DNA from: Candidatus Flemingiibacterium sp.
GTDB taxonomy: Bacteria; Bacillota; Clostridia; Oscillospirales; CAG-272
Length of the DNA stretch: 49,038 bases
Assembly: GCA_045579105.1 (NCBI GenBank)
Contig: JAZNLM010000004.1
Coordinates: 1-49,038, forward strand
Reading direction: 5' to 3'
Shown: piece by piece, positions 46,740 through 49,038 of the stretch
Numbering within the stretch: the first letter of the stretch is position 1
How the letters are laid out: every line of letters starts with the position of its first letter
The notes under the pieces: generated by a model
What the model saw: the letters and a program-made list of their open reading frames with translations, nothing else
Database searches by the model: none
What the model was told of the DNA's origin: nothing
Translations under genes and position numbers: made by a program

Positions 46740-48545
46740 ATGCTTAAATTTGAAAACAAAGCTTTGACCGATTCCAAGTGGATTCTTTCCTGGATCGAAG
46801 AAATGGCAGGCATCACACAGCCTGACAAAATAGTTTGGATTGACGGCTCCGAAGAACAAGCTGAGGCTCTCCGCGCCGAGGCTTGCTCAACCGGCGAGCT
46901 TCAAAAGCTCAACGAAGAGCTTCTCCCTAACTGCTATCTTCACAGAACCGCTGAAAACGACGTTGCACGTGTTGAGGGCAGAACATATATCTGCACCCCC
47001 ACCAAGGAAGAAGCAGGCAATATCAACAACTGGATGGATCCCACTGAAATGTATGCAAAGCTTTATAAGCTTTACACAGGTTCTATGAAGGGCAGAACTA
47101 TGTACGTAATCCCATATTCTATGGGCGTTGTTGGCTCTGACTTCGCAAAGTACGGTATTGAGCTTACTGATTCCATCTACGTAGTTCTCAATATGCTTAT
47201 TATGACTCGCGTGGGCACCGATGTTCTCAAAGCACTTGGTGACAGCCCTGATTATATCAAGGGACTTCACGCAAAGGCTGACATCGACGAGGATAACCGC
47301 TATATTGTTCACTTCCCGCAGGATAACACTATTATGTCCGTAAACTCCGGCTACGGAGGAAACGTACTTCTCGGTAAGAAGTGCTTCGCGCTTCGTATCG
47401 CTTCCTATCTCGGACGCAAGGAGGGTTGGATGGCTGAACATATGCTTATCCTCGGCCTTGAAAATCCAGAGGGTGAAATCAAGTATATCAGCGCGGCATT
47501 CCCATCTGCTTGCGGTAAAACGAACCTCGCTATGCTCATTCCGCCGGAGATTTTTAAATCCAAGGGCTACAAGGTATGGTGCGTAGGCGACGATATCGCA
47601 TGGCTCCGTGTAGGTAAAGACGGAAGGCTTTGGGCTGTTAACCCCGAGAACGGCTTCTTCGGTGTTGCTCCCGGAACTAACGACAAGTCTAACCCCATTG
47701 CACTCGCTACAACTATGCGAGATACTATCCACACCAACGTTGTCCACGATCTCGATAACAACACCGTATGGTGGGAAGGTCTTAACGATAATCCCCCCAC
47801 AAACGCTATCGACTGGAGAGGAAATAAGTGGGATTATACCAAGTATGACAAGAACAACAAAGCGGCAACCGCAGGCGCACATCCCAACTCCCGTTTTACC
47901 GCTCTTGCAAAGAACTGTCCCTGCATTTCTTCCGAGTTCAACAGCATTACCGGTGTACCGATTTCCGCTATCGTATTCGGCGGCAGACGTGCCAAGACAG
48001 CCCCTCTGGTTTATCAGTCCTTTAACTGGCAGCACGGTACTTTTGTCGGCTCTATTATGGCATCCGAAACCACAGCTGCAGCAGCAGGCGCTGTCGGCAT
48101 AGTACGCCGTGATCCTATGGCAATGCGTCCTTTCGTTGGTTACAATATGGGCGATTATTTCAAGCATTGGCTTGACATGGGGAAGGTTATCCCTAATGCT
48201 CCAAAGATTTTCCACGTTAACTGGTTCAGAACCGACAGCGAAGGCCACTTCATCTGGCCCGGCTTTGGCGATAATATGAGGGTTCTCAACTGGATCACCG
48301 ACCGTTGCGACGGAAAGGCAGACGCAGTTGAAACTCCTATCGGATACGTTCCTGTTGCAGAGGATATCAACATCGAGGGACTTGATATTACAATCGATAC
48401 CATCCGTGAGCTTCTGACGGTTGACGTTGAGAGTTGGAAGGAAGACGTTAAGAATATCAAAGAATTCTACGCCCTTGTTGGTGAGCATGTTCCTGCAGAG
48501 CTTTATGAAGAACTTGCAGCGCTCGAGGCAAGGCTTAACGGATAA
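46740..48545 (+). CDS. pckG: phosphoenolpyruvate carboxykinase (GTP)
   Basis: DVARVE, GYGGNVLLGKKCFALR, FPSACGKTNLAM, VGDDIAW, NPENGFFGVAPGT, HPNSRF, WPGFGDN. Confidence 0.96.
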   Translation: MLKFENKALTDSKWILSWIEEMAGITQPDKIVWIDGSEEQAEALRAEACSTGELQKLNEELLPNCYLHRTAENDVARVEGRTYICTPTKEEAGNINNWMDPTEMYAKLYKLYTGSMKGRTMYVIPYSMGVVGSDFAKYGIELTDSIYVVLNMLIMTRVGTDVLKALGDSPDYIKGLHAKADIDEDNRYIVHFPQDNTIMSVNSGYGGNVLLGKKCFALRIASYLGRKEGWMAEHMLILGLENPEGEIKYISAAFPSACGKTNLAMLIPPEIFKSKGYKVWCVGDDIAWLRVGKDGRLWAVNPENGFFGVAPGTNDKSNPIALATTMRDTIHTNVVHDLDNNTVWWEGLNDNPPTNAIDWRGNKWDYTKYDKNNKAATAGAHPNSRFTALAKNCPCISSEFNSITGVPISAIVFGGRRAKTAPLVYQSFNWQHGTFVGSIMASETTAAAAGAVGIVRRDPMAMRPFVGYNMGDYFKHWLDMGKVIPNAPKIFHVNWFRTDSEGHFIWPGFGDNMRVLNWITDRCDGKADAVETPIGYVPVAEDINIEGLDITIDTIRELLTVDVESWKEDVKNIKEFYALVGEHVPAELYEELAALEARLNG

Positions 48546-48562
48546 ATATATCAAAAAAGCTA

Positions 48563-48600
48563 AAGCAATGCCGTCATTTCCGACGGCATTGCTTATTTTT
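48563..48600 (+). terminator. intrinsic terminator after pckG
   Basis: aagcaatgccgtc...gacggcattgctt followed by attttt. Confidence 0.85.
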
Positions 48601-49038
48601 GCATTATTGAATTCTTTCCTATCAAATATGTAGCATGTTTTCTGACGCAGAAATATTAACAACCGTCTTTTTGTGTCTTTAGGCGTAAATTAGTTTTTTA
48701 GCACGTCTATTACATACAGCATCTTTCACCCCAACGCCGGCTCTAACTTTTTTCTGGTGTTTTTTAGCTTTTTTAGCCCTTTTTAGTGCGTTTTATTTTC
48801 TTTCCTGGCCTTTCGTCTGCTTTGTGCACGTGTAGTTTTTTCTGTAAATGGTCAAATATGTGGTCATGAAAATGTCTCACGAAATTCGCGCGAGGCGCGG
48901 TTCGGGAGACGTTTGTATTGTAACTCTTATAAGTGCGATTGTCAATAGGTTTCGCGAATAATTATCTGCGCCGCATAAGACAAAGAAATGTCCTTGGCAT
49001 AGCAACGGCAAGTTGCTTGTCAAATCCGCCAATCCATG

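Noticed and set aside
46887-48662. 591-aa antisense ORF
   Set aside because: Shadow of pckG; crosses its terminator and has no recognisable motifs.
1-49038. CRISPR arrays, tRNA/rRNA genes, transposases
   Set aside because: No regularly spaced repeats, cloverleaf/rRNA signatures or transposase/integrase motifs were seen.

Overview
A ~45% GC chromosomal segment from an anaerobic Clostridia (Bacillota) genome, with Oscillospiraceae/Ruminococcaceae-like proteins (taxon inferred from protein families). Three blocks. (1) 2.2-16.3 kb: a partly decayed surface-polysaccharide locus. Its minus-strand operon joins a RiPP-like maturation cassette (HPr-kinase/PadeK-like kinase, PqqD/RRE, S26 peptidase, plus an upstream nucleotidyltransferase pseudogene) to Wzz/CpsC-CpsD-CpsB, a class B sortase, its SPQTG substrate, an LCP protein and CapD/PglF. 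Divergent from it are GT2 and capE remnants, capG and wzm/wzt. (2) 16.3-27.8 kb: housekeeping/accessory genes with several pseudogenes. (3) 28.2-48.5 kb: a Rex-headed run that fuses an hfs-type sensory plus fermentative [FeFe]-hydrogenase cluster with a complete reductive succinate branch: MDH-type LDH-family enzyme, FumC, HdrBCA-FlxDCBA, soluble fumarate reductase, YidE/AspT exporter and GTP-PEPCK. Also present: a ~210-nt promoter-to-terminator structured RNA at 487-700, a short promoter/uORF/terminator unit before rex, and signs of genome erosion. No rRNA, tRNA, CRISPR array or intact mobile element was seen. All family calls come from motif recognition by eye, not database searches.
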